Of a DNA stretch of 64,000 nt, positions 10,779-21,172 are shown piece by piece (position 1 is the first letter of the stretch; the number at the start of each line of letters is the position of its first letter). The stretch is taken from assembly GCA_040753015.1 (NCBI GenBank), contig JBFMHM010000001.1:275157-339156 (forward strand), written 5' to 3'. The notes beneath the pieces are model-generated. The model ran no database searches. It was given only the letters and a program-made list of their open reading frames with translations, and was not told where the DNA came from. Origin of the DNA: Candidatus Omnitrophota bacterium. Lineage in GTDB: Bacteria; Omnitrophota; Gorgyraeia; Gygaellales; JBFMHM01. The position numbers and the translations under genes were made by a program.

Positions 10779-11568
10779 ATCTTTCCAGGGAATTAATTAA
10801 TTCCTGCGTATAAACTGACTGCGGCTTTGAAAAAATATCATTTTTTTCGCCTAATTCAATGATCTTGCCCTTATACATAATTGCAACCCTTGTCGCTATT
10901 TTTTTAATGTTAAATAGATTATGCGTAATAAATATAATCGTAAAATTAAATTTCTTTTTTAAATCTATAAGCAGGCCGATGATTTCGGCCTCAATTGTTA
11001 CATCTAGGGCGGTTGTCGGTTCATCAGCAATTAAAATTTCTGGCCTACTCGATAGTGCAATTGCAATCATTATCCTTTGGTTCATACCGCCAGATAATTC
11101 ATGAGGATATTTTTTAAGGCAAGACTCTGGATCCTGAATTCTCACTGCTCTTAATAATTCGATTGCCTCTTGCCTTGCGGATATTAAATTTATTTCTTGA
11201 TGAAATAAAATTGTTTCAATCAATTGCTCACCAACACTAAGTACGGGATTCAAATAAGCCTGCGGTTCCTGAAATATATAAGATATTTTTGCCCCACGAA
11301 TTTGCTGTAAACAAAACTCACTTTCTTTTAACAAATCTTTTGTTTTGAAAATCACCTGCCCGCTTTCGATAAAAGCATTCTTCGGTAAAAGGCGGGTTAA
11401 AGAAAGGGCCAAAGATGTCTTGCCGCTGCCGGACTCACCGACTAAACCAAAAATTTCATCTTTATAAATAGATAAATTTATATCATCCAAAGCCTTATTG
11501 AAATTATAATTAGTTTTATAACTTACGGTTAAATTTTTTATCTCTAAAATAACCGCTATATCTATCAT
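10759..11568 (-). CDS. Peptide ABC transporter ATP-binding protein (DppD/OppD-like)
   Basis: Walker A GESGSGKTS and ABC signature LSGGMNQR. Confidence 0.85.
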   Translation of the reverse strand: MIDIAVILEIKNLTVSYKTNYNFNKALDDINLSIYKDEIFGLVGESGSGKTSLALSLTRLLPKNAFIESGQVIFKTKDLLKESEFCLQQIRGAKISYIFQEPQAYLNPVLSVGEQLIETILFHQEINLISARQEAIELLRAVRIQDPESCLKKYPHELSGGMNQRIMIAIALSSRPEILIADEPTTALDVTIEAEIIGLLIDLKKKFNFTIIFITHNLFNIKKIATRVAIMYKGKIIELGEKNDIFSKPQSVYTQELINSLERYVIKNR

Positions 11569-12359
11569 TTAATCTGCTCTCTTATCCCTTCACCTAATAT
11601 ATTAATAGCAAGAATTGTAATTAAAATTGCACTACCCGGAAAGATAGTTAACCACCAAGCAATACCTAATGTTGATTTTCCATCTATTAAAATATTGCCC
11701 CAACTGGGAGTCGGCGGCTGAACTCCAAGACCTAAAAAACTTAAAGCTGATTCAATTAAAATTGCGCTAGCCATACCTAAAACACTACTTACTAAAATTG
11801 GCCCTATGCAATTTGGAATTATATGCCTTATAATTATTCGGCTATTGCTTGCGCCAAGACTGCGTGCAGCTAAAACATATTCTAGTTCTTTTATTTTTAA
11901 AACTTCAGCGCGCATTATACGAGCAGATGACATCCAGCTTGTTAAGCCGATAATAACCATTATATTTAAAATAGACGGCTCCAAAACACTTACAACCGTA
12001 AGCAGTAAGAAAAATGTCGGAAAGCAAAGCATCATATCGACAAAACGCATAATAATAGAATCGATCCTACCTCCAAAAAAACCGGCAATCGCCCCAAAAA
12101 ATATACCAACTAATGTAGAAATCCCTACAGCAATAAATCCAACACTCAAAGAAACTCTTGCGCCATAAACCATACGAGTAAGAACATCGCGCCCAAGCTG
12201 ATCTGTACCAAAAATATGTTTTGCGCTCGGCGGCATAAGTAACTCATCAACATTAATCTCACTAGGATCATATTTTAAAAATATTGGTCCAAAAATACCG
12301 ATAACTAACATTATCAGTAAAATTAAACTACCAAAAAATATCAAATGATTCTTAATCAT
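11565..12359 (-). CDS. Peptide ABC transporter permease (DppC/OppC-like)
   Basis: Multi-pass membrane protein with a BPD-transporter EAA-like loop. Operon context. Confidence 0.8.
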   Translation of the reverse strand: MIKNHLIFFGSLILLIMLVIGIFGPIFLKYDPSEINVDELLMPPSAKHIFGTDQLGRDVLTRMVYGARVSLSVGFIAVGISTLVGIFFGAIAGFFGGRIDSIIMRFVDMMLCFPTFFLLLTVVSVLEPSILNIMVIIGLTSWMSSARIMRAEVLKIKELEYVLAARSLGASNSRIIIRHIIPNCIGPILVSSVLGMASAILIESALSFLGLGVQPPTPSWGNILIDGKSTLGIAWWLTIFPGSAILITILAINILGEGIREQIK

Positions 12360-13330
12360 TTTTTATACCTTATCCTCGGATCAACATAAGCATAACTTAT
12401 ATCGGCAATCAAATTACCTATAAGTGTCAATATTGCGCCGATGGAAAGCTCTGCCATAATTACTGGGTAATCACGTGCCATAACTGCCTCATAAAATAAT
12501 CTGCCAATACCAGGTATTGCAAAAATTGACTCAAAAATAACACTTCCTCCTAATAAAGCCGGTACAGATAAACCAAGAATAGTAACAATAGGTAAAATCG
12601 CATTTCTTAGCGCATGTTTATAAAGCACCTGTTTTTCCGGAAGGCCTTTTGCTCTTGCAGCACAAATATAGGGGCTATCTAAAACGCTAATCATATTTGA
12701 ACGCATATAACGAGAAACTCCAGCAAGCCCAGTAATACTTAGAATAAAAACTGGTAGAATTATATGTTTCAATAAATCAATCATTTTTTGCCAAAAGTTC
12801 AGATATTCAAAATCAAGAGAATAAAGCCCTGATATAGGTAACCACCTAAATGTTATACCAAAAAGATTCATCAAAAGAAGCGCCAACCAAAAAGTTGGGA
12901 TACTAAACCCAATAAATACAAAAATAGTAGTAAACTTATCAAAGATACCACCTGGGTTAATTGCACTTTTTACGCCAATGATTATGCCAAAGATTAAAAT
13001 CAATAATAAAGATAAAATATTTAAAGTTATGGTTACAGGCATTCTCTCTATAATTTTTATTGAAACGCGGCGACTATCAATAAAGGAATTACCGAAATCA
13101 AAGAAAACAAACCTCTTAACCCAGTTTAAATACTGAGTATAAATTGGCTTATCTAAACCATATAATTTTTCAAGCCGCTCTCTCGCTTCAAAACTTACCC
13201 GCGGGTCCATACCCTCGCCTAAAACTGTTGGCTTTCCCGGAGCAAGATGAATCACAAAAAAACTAATTAATGTAATACCCAATAATAACGGTATAATACC
13301 TAATAACCTGCGTAAAATATAACTAAGCAT
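12356..13330 (-). CDS. Peptide ABC transporter permease (DppB/OppB-like)
   Basis: 324 aa permease. Overlapping stop/start with its neighbours. Confidence 0.8.
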   Translation of the reverse strand: MLSYILRRLLGIIPLLLGITLISFFVIHLAPGKPTVLGEGMDPRVSFEARERLEKLYGLDKPIYTQYLNWVKRFVFFDFGNSFIDSRRVSIKIIERMPVTITLNILSLLLILIFGIIIGVKSAINPGGIFDKFTTIFVFIGFSIPTFWLALLLMNLFGITFRWLPISGLYSLDFEYLNFWQKMIDLLKHIILPVFILSITGLAGVSRYMRSNMISVLDSPYICAARAKGLPEKQVLYKHALRNAILPIVTILGLSVPALLGGSVIFESIFAIPGIGRLFYEAVMARDYPVIMAELSIGAILTLIGNLIADISYAYVDPRIRYKK

Positions 13331-14941
13331 TTAATTTTGAATTTTGCATTTTGATTTTTGATTTTCCAAAATCCACCATTTTATAAAATTATAACCGATG
13401 CCAATAGGCGCAGGAGCAATACCTTTAATTTTTTTATTTATAATTGTCAAACTATCCGGCACATATAAAAACATATAAGGCTGCTCTTCATAAAGCATGC
13501 GATGAATTTCGTGATAATATCTTTTTCTCTCATCTATGTTAAATGTGCGGCGCGCATCTATAAGCAATCTGTCAATATTTTTATTGCTGTATCCGATAAA
13601 ATTAAATTCTCCTTCTTTTGTTTTTGACGAATGCCAAATATCAAAACAATCAGGATCCCTGCCTAGCGACCAGCCCAAAATAACAGCTTCAAATTTTTTT
13701 TTATTAATAAACTCTGATAAGAAAGCTGTCCATTCAATCACCTTTATTTTAACTTTTATGCCAATCTTAGAAAGCTCGTGCTGGATAATCTCTGCGGTTC
13801 TAGTTCTAAGATCATTGCCTTGATTAGTAATGATTGTAAATTCGAAAATTTTACCGTCTTTATCTAACCAGCCGTCACCATCATTATCTTGCCAGCCAGC
13901 TTCTTTTAAAAGAGATAAAGCTTCTTTAGGGTCGTATGCGGCGGGAATAATCTCCTTATTATAAGCCCAAGACTCAGGCACAAATGGGCCTGTACACTCC
14001 CGCCCTAAGCCTAACAAAACAATTTTTATAATCTGTTGTTTATCGACAGCATAATTTAATGCTTTACGTACGCGAATATCTTTAAATTTTTCATTTGACA
14101 GGTTATAGCCCAAATATACATAAGTAAAACTTTCCCAGCGGAATTTCTGGTAATTTTCTTTAAAAAATTTTGTATCTGTTTGACGCTTATACTGTAATGG
14201 TGTAATTCCTGTTAAATCAACTGCCCCTGTTTGTAATTCTAAAAATAATGTGGCGGGATCACTAATTATGCGGCTAACATATTTGTCAATATACGGGCGC
14301 CCTTCGAAATAATTTGGATTTACTTCCAATTCAATCTTTGTTTGTCGAACCCATTTTTTTAGCTTATAGGGGCCAGTACCAATAGGATTGTGTGAAAAAT
14401 TCGTTGTGTCTAAATTTTGATTTTCTAGAATATGCCGCGGCATAATTGGCATTGCCCAACTGGCTAAACCCGGAGAAAATGGCTCTTTATATCTAACCTT
14501 TATAGTATAATCATCAATTATATCTAAAGACTCAACTTCCTTAAAATCACCGCTATAAGGAGTTTTTGTATTTGGATCGATTAGTTTCTGATAAGTAAAT
14601 TCTACATCTTTGGCCGTAAAAATAGCCTCATCCTGCCAGAGGACATTTTTTCTTAAATGAAAAATTACTGTTTTACCTTGATCTTCTATATCCCAGCTTT
14701 CAGCTAAATCTCCTACTAAATTTATATCTTTATCATATTTCACAAGGCCATTAAAAATCATCCCGCAAATACCGGCCGATGCAGAATCTGACGCAAGTAT
14801 TGGAATAAAAGTGCGGGCATCTGAGCTTGAACCTTCAATTATTCTACCGCCATAGTCCTGACCGTAAGATAAATTAAACCATGCCAAAATTATAAAGGCT
14901 GCTCCGATATATTGGAACAGCCTTAAAAAAAACAAATGCAT
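13331..14941 (-). CDS. ABC transporter substrate-binding protein, family 5 (oligopeptide/dipeptide/nickel)
   Basis: 536 aa with an N-terminal signal anchor and an SBP family 5 profile. Confidence 0.8.
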   Translation of the reverse strand: MHLFFLRLFQYIGAAFIILAWFNLSYGQDYGGRIIEGSSSDARTFIPILASDSASAGICGMIFNGLVKYDKDINLVGDLAESWDIEDQGKTVIFHLRKNVLWQDEAIFTAKDVEFTYQKLIDPNTKTPYSGDFKEVESLDIIDDYTIKVRYKEPFSPGLASWAMPIMPRHILENQNLDTTNFSHNPIGTGPYKLKKWVRQTKIELEVNPNYFEGRPYIDKYVSRIISDPATLFLELQTGAVDLTGITPLQYKRQTDTKFFKENYQKFRWESFTYVYLGYNLSNEKFKDIRVRKALNYAVDKQQIIKIVLLGLGRECTGPFVPESWAYNKEIIPAAYDPKEALSLLKEAGWQDNDGDGWLDKDGKIFEFTIITNQGNDLRTRTAEIIQHELSKIGIKVKIKVIEWTAFLSEFINKKKFEAVILGWSLGRDPDCFDIWHSSKTKEGEFNFIGYSNKNIDRLLIDARRTFNIDERKRYYHEIHRMLYEEQPYMFLYVPDSLTIINKKIKGIAPAPIGIGYNFIKWWILENQKSKCKIQN

Positions 14942-14948
14942 TAATAGT

Positions 14949-15425
14949 TTATTTTTTATCCTGTTGCTTAACCAATTCAGCCTGCATTTTTACACGGTAT
15001 TCTTCTTGAATCTTTTTCCATTTATCTATCTGATCTAACGTTAAAATACCTTCAACCTTTCTTGAAGATTCTATATCTGTATAAGATATATCAACTTGAA
15101 TTTTTGATATTTGCTCGAGCTTTTGTTTAATCAACTTTAGATTAGCCTTTTCTTTAATAAGCCCGAGCAATTCTTGCCCTGCGGCATCAAGTTGTTTTCT
15201 CTTTTCGGTAATATAAGCCTGTAAATCGGAGATGGTTTTTTTCAAGTCGGTTACCTGTTTATCTGTAAGCTTCAATTCATCTTTATAATCAAAGATTGTT
15301 TTTGCTTGAACATCTTCCACAGCCCTAACTTGAGGGGCTATGTCTTTTCCTTTTACTTCTGCAAAAGTATACCTGATTGAAAATATAGTTAAGAATATAA
15401 TTAATATTAGGGTTATTTTTTTAAT
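14949..15425 (-). CDS. Periplasmic LTXXQ-motif protein (Spy/CpxP family), probably starting at a non-canonical ATT (15425). The ORF-table GTG at 15320 would lose the signal peptide.
   Basis: Two LTxxQ motifs (LKLTDKQV, LTLDQID). The in-frame upstream extension encodes KKITLILIIFLTIFSIRYTFA|EV, a signal peptide, directly behind AAGGAGG (15431-15437). Confidence 0.5.
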   Translation of the reverse strand: MKKITLILIIFLTIFSIRYTFAEVKGKDIAPQVRAVEDVQAKTIFDYKDELKLTDKQVTDLKKTISDLQAYITEKRKQLDAAGQELLGLIKEKANLKLIKQKLEQISKIQVDISYTDIESSRKVEGILTLDQIDKWKKIQEEYRVKMQAELVKQQDKK

Positions 15426-15457
15426 ATTTACCTCCTTGTTAATATAATATATTATGC

Positions 15458-18400
15458 CTATTTAAAACTAAAAGGCAAGGTCTTTTCTTCTAAAATTGAT
15501 TCCGGCATCACCAATTGATTCTTAGCGCCCATAAAACTTGGAACAGTATTTGCGACAAAAGGATTAAGCTGAGCATCAGCCTGACGGTACGCGCTATATA
15601 TATAATCTCCCCCGCCCACTATAGTATTATTTACAATGAATAACCCTGAATCTTGGGTTACATTTTCAAATTTAAACTTAACAAACGGGTTTGGCCCATC
15701 AGCAGTTAAATTCGCCGAAATTACACCGCTAATAGCATCTTTCCCACCAGCAGAAATAGTTACTGCTTCAACAGTTGTATCAGCATTAGTTACAATCGTT
15801 ATGGGGTTTAATGAATCACCTACTGAACCGCCAAGTGCTGTGAGGCTTATTGTAGGAGAAGTTATAGCAGTTACCCCCGGAGCCAAACCATTTAATATAG
15901 AACCTGGGGAAGTTAAACTAATCCTATCTCCTGACAAAGGAGAAGTAATTGTTTCATTGCCGCCGCCTAGTTTATTTATTGTTAAAGGATTACCAATTAA
16001 TGTGCCATGGCTTAAACCGCCATAATAATTAATTGTGAATGGACCTGTACTCGTAGCGTTTCTAAATGTTGCATTATTACTAGTTGTAGTAATTGATGTC
16101 GGAGGATTTGTTGCACCAACATTTGCTCCAGCATTAAAAGTCAGGCTGCCATTTGCCCCGCAGGTAATTGTAAGCCCAACAAGCCCGTCAACTAATGAAC
16201 TATAAGTTTGGTTTGTTCCGGCTGCAGCAGTAGTTATTGTTACGGCTGCGGTTGATAAAGTGAGTGTATCTGTCGCGGCATTACCAAATGTTAATGCACC
16301 CGCTGAAGTAAGAGTTAAACCATCCAAAGTTATATTTGCATTAAATGTAGAAGCAGTATCACCTGCAGCAATTGTAATATCGTCTTTAAACGTAACTGCT
16401 CCTGCACCATTTGCCTGAGTAATACCGCTCGCAGTTACAAGAGTACTTTCAAAGCTGGTTGTACTGGTTGAGTTAATGATTAAGGCTGCGCCTATTCCAT
16501 CACCAATTGGGGTTACGGAACCAACAGCGGCATTAAAGGTTGAGGTTCCAGTTACCCCCAAAGTAAGATCAAAAGCGCCGTCAATGAGTGAATTAACAAT
16601 TAAATCATCGCCAGCACCTGTTGTATTTATTGTAACAGCTGCTGTAGTAAGATTAACCTGATCTGTTCCGGCATTACCAAAGGTTATGTCACCGCCAGAT
16701 TGAAACGTTAACCCGTCTAAGTTAACAACAGCATTATTCAAAGTTGTTGCTGTATTTCCTGCGGCAATGGTTACATCGCCTTTAAAAGTTATATCCCCTG
16801 CTCCATTTGCAGAAGTAATGCCGCTTGCGGTTGCAAGAGTGCTTTCAAAGCTGGTTGTACCGGTTGAGTTAATGGTTAGGGCCGCACCTGTTCCGTCGCC
16901 AATTGGGGTTGCAGAACCGACTGCATTGTTAAAAGTAGTATTACCTGTTCCGGCTGCTAAAACAAGGTCTACACCTCCATCAACCAGGCCTGTAAAACCA
17001 ATCGTATCATTACTTGAGGTAAATGTTGTTGTTAAAAACCCATTAAGCGTTATAGAATTAGCGGCGCCTGCATTATAAGTTTGCTTATTAGCATTATAAG
17101 TGGTACCATCTAATCTAATCGAAGCAACATCTCCTCCAGCATCGGATCCAGTAATAGTTGTGTCGCCTGTAACGCCTGCACCAGCACCACCAATACTGTT
17201 TACGACAATATCATTACCACTAATAGTTAAAGATGTAACTGCTGTAGTTGCCCCTATCGCACTATTCACTGTAACATCTGCCAACCCAGCAGTTAAAGCA
17301 AATGCCTTGCCGCCGTCAATTGCGCCCGTAAGCGTAATATCTCCATCATTACCGGCTGTATCTGTATCTATTGTTACATCTGCCCCTAAAGTAATATTAG
17401 CAGTGCTGTTTAAGGTTACAGTATTACCCGCAGCATCAGAAGTAGTAATACCGCCATTTAAAGTTAGGGTGGCGCCGGCACTAACATTAACAGTATTTAT
17501 TTCATCAGCATTACCAATTGCTCCAACAGTTGAATTTCCCAGCATATTAGTAATTGTAAAATCTTCAGAACTTGTTCCCCTGACTGTGCCCACCGTAATA
17601 TTGCCGCCTAAAAGCCCCGGGGTAATTGTTAAATCTGAACCATTAGCCAGTGTAATTGTCCCTGTAAAAGTAATATCATCCCCGCTTGAAGTAAATGTTG
17701 TCGCCGCGCCTGCATCCATAGTGATCGCGTTACCAGCTGCGCCAGCATCATAGGTCTGCTGATTTGCAGTATAAGTTGCTCCAGTAAAAGCAATTGACGT
17801 AGTTGCGGTAACTGAAGTTGCGCCGGTTATGCCTTCTGCGATTGCTGTACCAATACTGCCTAAACTTATGCTTTTTGCAGTTATAGTTAAAGCGGAAAGC
17901 GCAGTTGTTGCGCCAATTGCACCAGTAATTGTCACATTACCACTTCCACCGCCGCTTGTAGAATCTAAAGTCAAAGAATTTGTTTCAGCCAAAACACTAT
18001 CTACAGTTCCAGTAATATTTATGGTTGCGCCTGTTGATGTGCCGCCATTAGTTGTATCGAGTGTTACATTAGTATCCAGCTGGACATTATCACTTATGGT
18101 TATTGCCTGTCCTGCAGTAACAATATCAGCATTTAAAACTGTGGTTGCCCCAGAACCATCTAAAGTTACTGATGCATCACCAGATCCGGTAATTTGGCCG
18201 TTTACTGTGATTGTTCCGCCAGAAGGCGAATTTATTGTAATTGGATCGTTGAAAGTAATTGCATTTATTGTTGCCCCACCACTGCCATTACTACGGCCTA
18301 TAGTAATAGAAGCTGCTCCATCTTGTATTTCAGCAATTTCTGCGGCAGTCAAACTAAAATCCCCTGCTCCGCCAGCAATACCAATAGACCTACCAACAGT

Positions 18401-21154
18401 TGAAGGCTGTAATATAACATTACCGGTGCTAGTTATAGTCCCGTCTAAGGCAATCGTATCACAGGTTAAAGTAACGCCGCCGCTTCCTGAAGCAATTGTA
18501 CCTGCGGCAACTGACGTAAAAGACCCTGCGCCAGCATCAATTTCAATAGACGAGCTAGATGCAGCTGTAGAAAACGCTGTATCCAATGTAATTGCAGAAT
18601 TTGAAGCACGAATAACTACAGGATCAGCAAAAGTAATTGTCGCATCGCTATCCTGAATATCTATTGCGCCTGTGCCATCAGTGCGCCCAATTGTGATAGA
18701 ATTAAATTTTCCGCTATTATTAATAAAACCTATAGCCGCTTCAGATAAAGCAAAATTACCAGTTGCATCATCGCCAATGCCAATTGTCCGCGCTGCAGTT
18801 GATGGCTGCAATACCACTGCTCCGCCTCCTGTAGCACTCCAATTAGAATTTAGAGTAAGCGAATCAGCAGTTATTGTAATATCATTTGCGCCAGCACTTA
18901 CTTGGCCTATGGTAGTTGCTGCGGTTCCAGAATTAATTGTAATATCGCTTTTGTCTGCTAAAGTAAGTATTCCACCACTAAATGTAATCGCTACATTTGT
19001 TGTTTGAAATGTTGTTGCCGCGCCTGCGTTAACATTAATCGTGCTGGTAGTATCAGGAAGGCCCCATGTCTGAACACCAACACCTGTTCCAGCATTATAA
19101 ATTGTTCCGGTAAAATTGATTGCATGCGTTTCTGCCATCCTCATCGTACTAACAGTAACGCTATTTGCGCCAAGAGCTATAGCTGTACCAATATTTGCAA
19201 AGGTATATGTTACAGCACCAGCAACTCCCATATCCATCGCGCTAATATTTAAGTTATTTATTGCTGTTGTTGCACCAAGCGCACCGCTAAAAGTAACACT
19301 TCCTCCACCAAGAGTAGTTATTGTTAGGTTCTCTGTACCGGCAGTGCCATCTACAGTGCTATCAAAAGTTACTGCCGCACCGCCTGTAGAACCTGTGCTA
19401 AGCTGTGATGACGCTGTTAAAACTACTGCATTATTAAAATCTATTGCCGCTGTATTTGTCGTAATATTTGCACCTAGATTTATCGTATTTGCCCCACCGC
19501 AAGTTATAGATACTGCCCCTGCTCCATTAAAATCACCTAAATCTGCGCCAATTGTCACTGCGCCAGTATGAGTTATAGTAATAGTACCGACATTTCCTAA
19601 ACCATCATCTGTATCAATTATTCCGCCTGTATTATCAAAGGCAACGCCGGTCGATGTAAAAGTTCCGCCAAGGGTCGTAATAGTTGCATTAATATCTACA
19701 GCTCCGTCACCGCTTGCCGTGCCAAACGCACCGTTAGCATTTAATGCAACATTAAGAGCGCCGGTTGTAGAAGTAATTGTATTATTAATTACTATATCGT
19801 CTGCGGCATTCATGGTTATAGTTGCTGCGCCGCCCGCACTTTTATCAATTGCCGCAGTAACAGTGATATCGCCTTCTTGTGTTCCGCCGTCGGCAGTTGA
19901 AATAATTACACTTGTTCCAGCATTAAGTTGCGCTTCAATAGCTGCTTCACCTATGGTTGAGTTATCAGCATTTGCAGTAAAATTGGGGGCTAGACCATCA
20001 AGGGTGCCTGCTGCTACGGTAATCTCAATATTAAATGGATCTAATAGAAGTATACCGCCTGCGCCATTTTGAGCAGTTGCATTTGTAAGCAAACCTTCAA
20101 TGTAAATTGTATTTGCAGAAAATTCAATTAAACCGCCATTACCAGAAAAAATACTACGTACCTCTACTTTTACATCGCTTACTGCCGCAGAAAAGCCTCC
20201 TTGCATGCTAGAGAGTATTTTTATTGTGCCGGCGTTTGAGTTTTCGCCAAGGCCATTTGCAGTAATTAGACTATTGACTAAGGCAGTTGCTTGCTGGGAG
20301 TTAAAAGTAATTAAACCAGCATCCTGATTAGGTGCGCCGTCAGCATGAATTTCACCTGAATTTAACGCTAAGCCCTCTGCAGCAACTAATCTTATTTGGC
20401 CATTTTCCTCTATTATATGCCCTGCCTCAACTAGAGCGTCATAATTAACTACCTGGCAAATTAAATCCGACACATAATTTTGAGGAATCACTATATCGCT
20501 TGCGTTTTGGTTTAGCTCTGGTATAGCAAATGAAATTATCCCTCTTTGATCAAATGAAATAGTTGTTTGGTTTGTCCCGGCGATAACTACCTGCCCTAAG
20601 TTTGCAACAATTGTCCCTTCGTTTGCAACAAGAGGCGATGCTAAAATACAGTAGCCGTTAGGGTCAACAGTAATTGTGCCGCGATTAATTATATAGCTTG
20701 GATTGTAACCGTCTTTTAAATTAAATTGATAATTACCAGATAAAAAATCATCGTTTGAAATATCTAAGGTTGACGCCATAAACGATCCGCAGTCTATTCT
20801 AGAATTTGGCCCAAAAAATATTCCGTTTGGATTAACTAAAAACACCTGGCCATTTGCGCTTAGCCGGCCTAAGATTTCTGAAGGATTTATCCCTACTACC
20901 CTGTTCAACACTACCGATTGGCTGCTTGGCTGGATAAAATTAACTGATTCAGGTTGAGCAATATTGAAAGAATTATATTCAATGATTGCCTTATTAGAGG
21001 TAGTTACATTCAGAGTATTTGTATCAGGCTGGACAAAAGAGGCGCTTCCAGAAACTACTTGTGCGCCCTCGGGTAAAGCAAAACTGTTAAAAGGTAATCC
21101 TAAAAATAAAGACAGTATTATAAAACAAGCTATTGGGGCCTTAATTATCTTCAT
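15458..21154 (-). CDS. Two-partner-secretion exoprotein TpsA (filamentous haemagglutinin-like adhesin), 1898 aa
   Basis: Signal peptide plus N-terminal TPS/haemagglutination-activity domain (NSFNIAQPESVNFIQP...VVLNRVVG...ILGRLSANGQVFLVNPNGIFFG), followed by a long G/T/A/N-rich beta-helical repeat region with ~110-aa internal tandem repeats. Confidence 0.85.
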   Translation of the reverse strand: MKIIKAPIACFIILSLFLGLPFNSFALPEGAQVVSGSASFVQPDTNTLNVTTSNKAIIEYNSFNIAQPESVNFIQPSSQSVVLNRVVGINPSEILGRLSANGQVFLVNPNGIFFGPNSRIDCGSFMASTLDISNDDFLSGNYQFNLKDGYNPSYIINRGTITVDPNGYCILASPLVANEGTIVANLGQVVIAGTNQTTISFDQRGIISFAIPELNQNASDIVIPQNYVSDLICQVVNYDALVEAGHIIEENGQIRLVAAEGLALNSGEIHADGAPNQDAGLITFNSQQATALVNSLITANGLGENSNAGTIKILSSMQGGFSAAVSDVKVEVRSIFSGNGGLIEFSANTIYIEGLLTNATAQNGAGGILLLDPFNIEITVAAGTLDGLAPNFTANADNSTIGEAAIEAQLNAGTSVIISTADGGTQEGDITVTAAIDKSAGGAATITMNAADDIVINNTITSTTGALNVALNANGAFGTASGDGAVDINATITTLGGTFTSTGVAFDNTGGIIDTDDGLGNVGTITITHTGAVTIGADLGDFNGAGAVSITCGGANTINLGANITTNTAAIDFNNAVVLTASSQLSTGSTGGAAVTFDSTVDGTAGTENLTITTLGGGSVTFSGALGATTAINNLNISAMDMGVAGAVTYTFANIGTAIALGANSVTVSTMRMAETHAINFTGTIYNAGTGVGVQTWGLPDTTSTINVNAGAATTFQTTNVAITFSGGILTLADKSDITINSGTAATTIGQVSAGANDITITADSLTLNSNWSATGGGAVVLQPSTAARTIGIGDDATGNFALSEAAIGFINNSGKFNSITIGRTDGTGAIDIQDSDATITFADPVVIRASNSAITLDTAFSTAASSSSIEIDAGAGSFTSVAAGTIASGSGGVTLTCDTIALDGTITSTGNVILQPSTVGRSIGIAGGAGDFSLTAAEIAEIQDGAASITIGRSNGSGGATINAITFNDPITINSPSGGTITVNGQITGSGDASVTLDGSGATTVLNADIVTAGQAITISDNVQLDTNVTLDTTNGGTSTGATINITGTVDSVLAETNSLTLDSTSGGGSGNVTITGAIGATTALSALTITAKSISLGSIGTAIAEGITGATSVTATTSIAFTGATYTANQQTYDAGAAGNAITMDAGAATTFTSSGDDITFTGTITLANGSDLTITPGLLGGNITVGTVRGTSSEDFTITNMLGNSTVGAIGNADEINTVNVSAGATLTLNGGITTSDAAGNTVTLNSTANITLGADVTIDTDTAGNDGDITLTGAIDGGKAFALTAGLADVTVNSAIGATTAVTSLTISGNDIVVNSIGGAGAGVTGDTTITGSDAGGDVASIRLDGTTYNANKQTYNAGAANSITLNGFLTTTFTSSNDTIGFTGLVDGGVDLVLAAGTGNTTFNNAVGSATPIGDGTGAALTINSTGTTSFESTLATASGITSANGAGDITFKGDVTIAAGNTATTLNNAVVNLDGLTFQSGGDITFGNAGTDQVNLTTAAVTINTTGAGDDLIVNSLIDGAFDLTLGVTGTSTFNAAVGSVTPIGDGIGAALIINSTSTTSFESTLVTASGITQANGAGAVTFKDDITIAAGDTASTFNANITLDGLTLTSAGALTFGNAATDTLTLSTAAVTITTAAAGTNQTYSSLVDGLVGLTITCGANGSLTFNAGANVGATNPPTSITTTSNNATFRNATSTGPFTINYYGGLSHGTLIGNPLTINKLGGGNETITSPLSGDRISLTSPGSILNGLAPGVTAITSPTISLTALGGSVGDSLNPITIVTNADTTVEAVTISAGGKDAISGVISANLTADGPNPFVKFKFENVTQDSGLFIVNNTIVGGGDYIYSAYRQADAQLNPFVANTVPSFMGAKNQLVMPESILEEKTLPFSFK

Positions 21155-21172
21155 GGGGGAATGCCTCCTTTT

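Noticed and set aside
15636-20072. Numerous plus-strand ORFs of 80-275 aa (P/V/A/T-rich) inside the tpsA locus
   Set aside because: They are antisense to a 1898-aa CDS with strong low-complexity repeat structure. Their composition mirrors the complement of a Gly/Thr/Ala/Asn-rich coding strand, and they have no start or RBS context.
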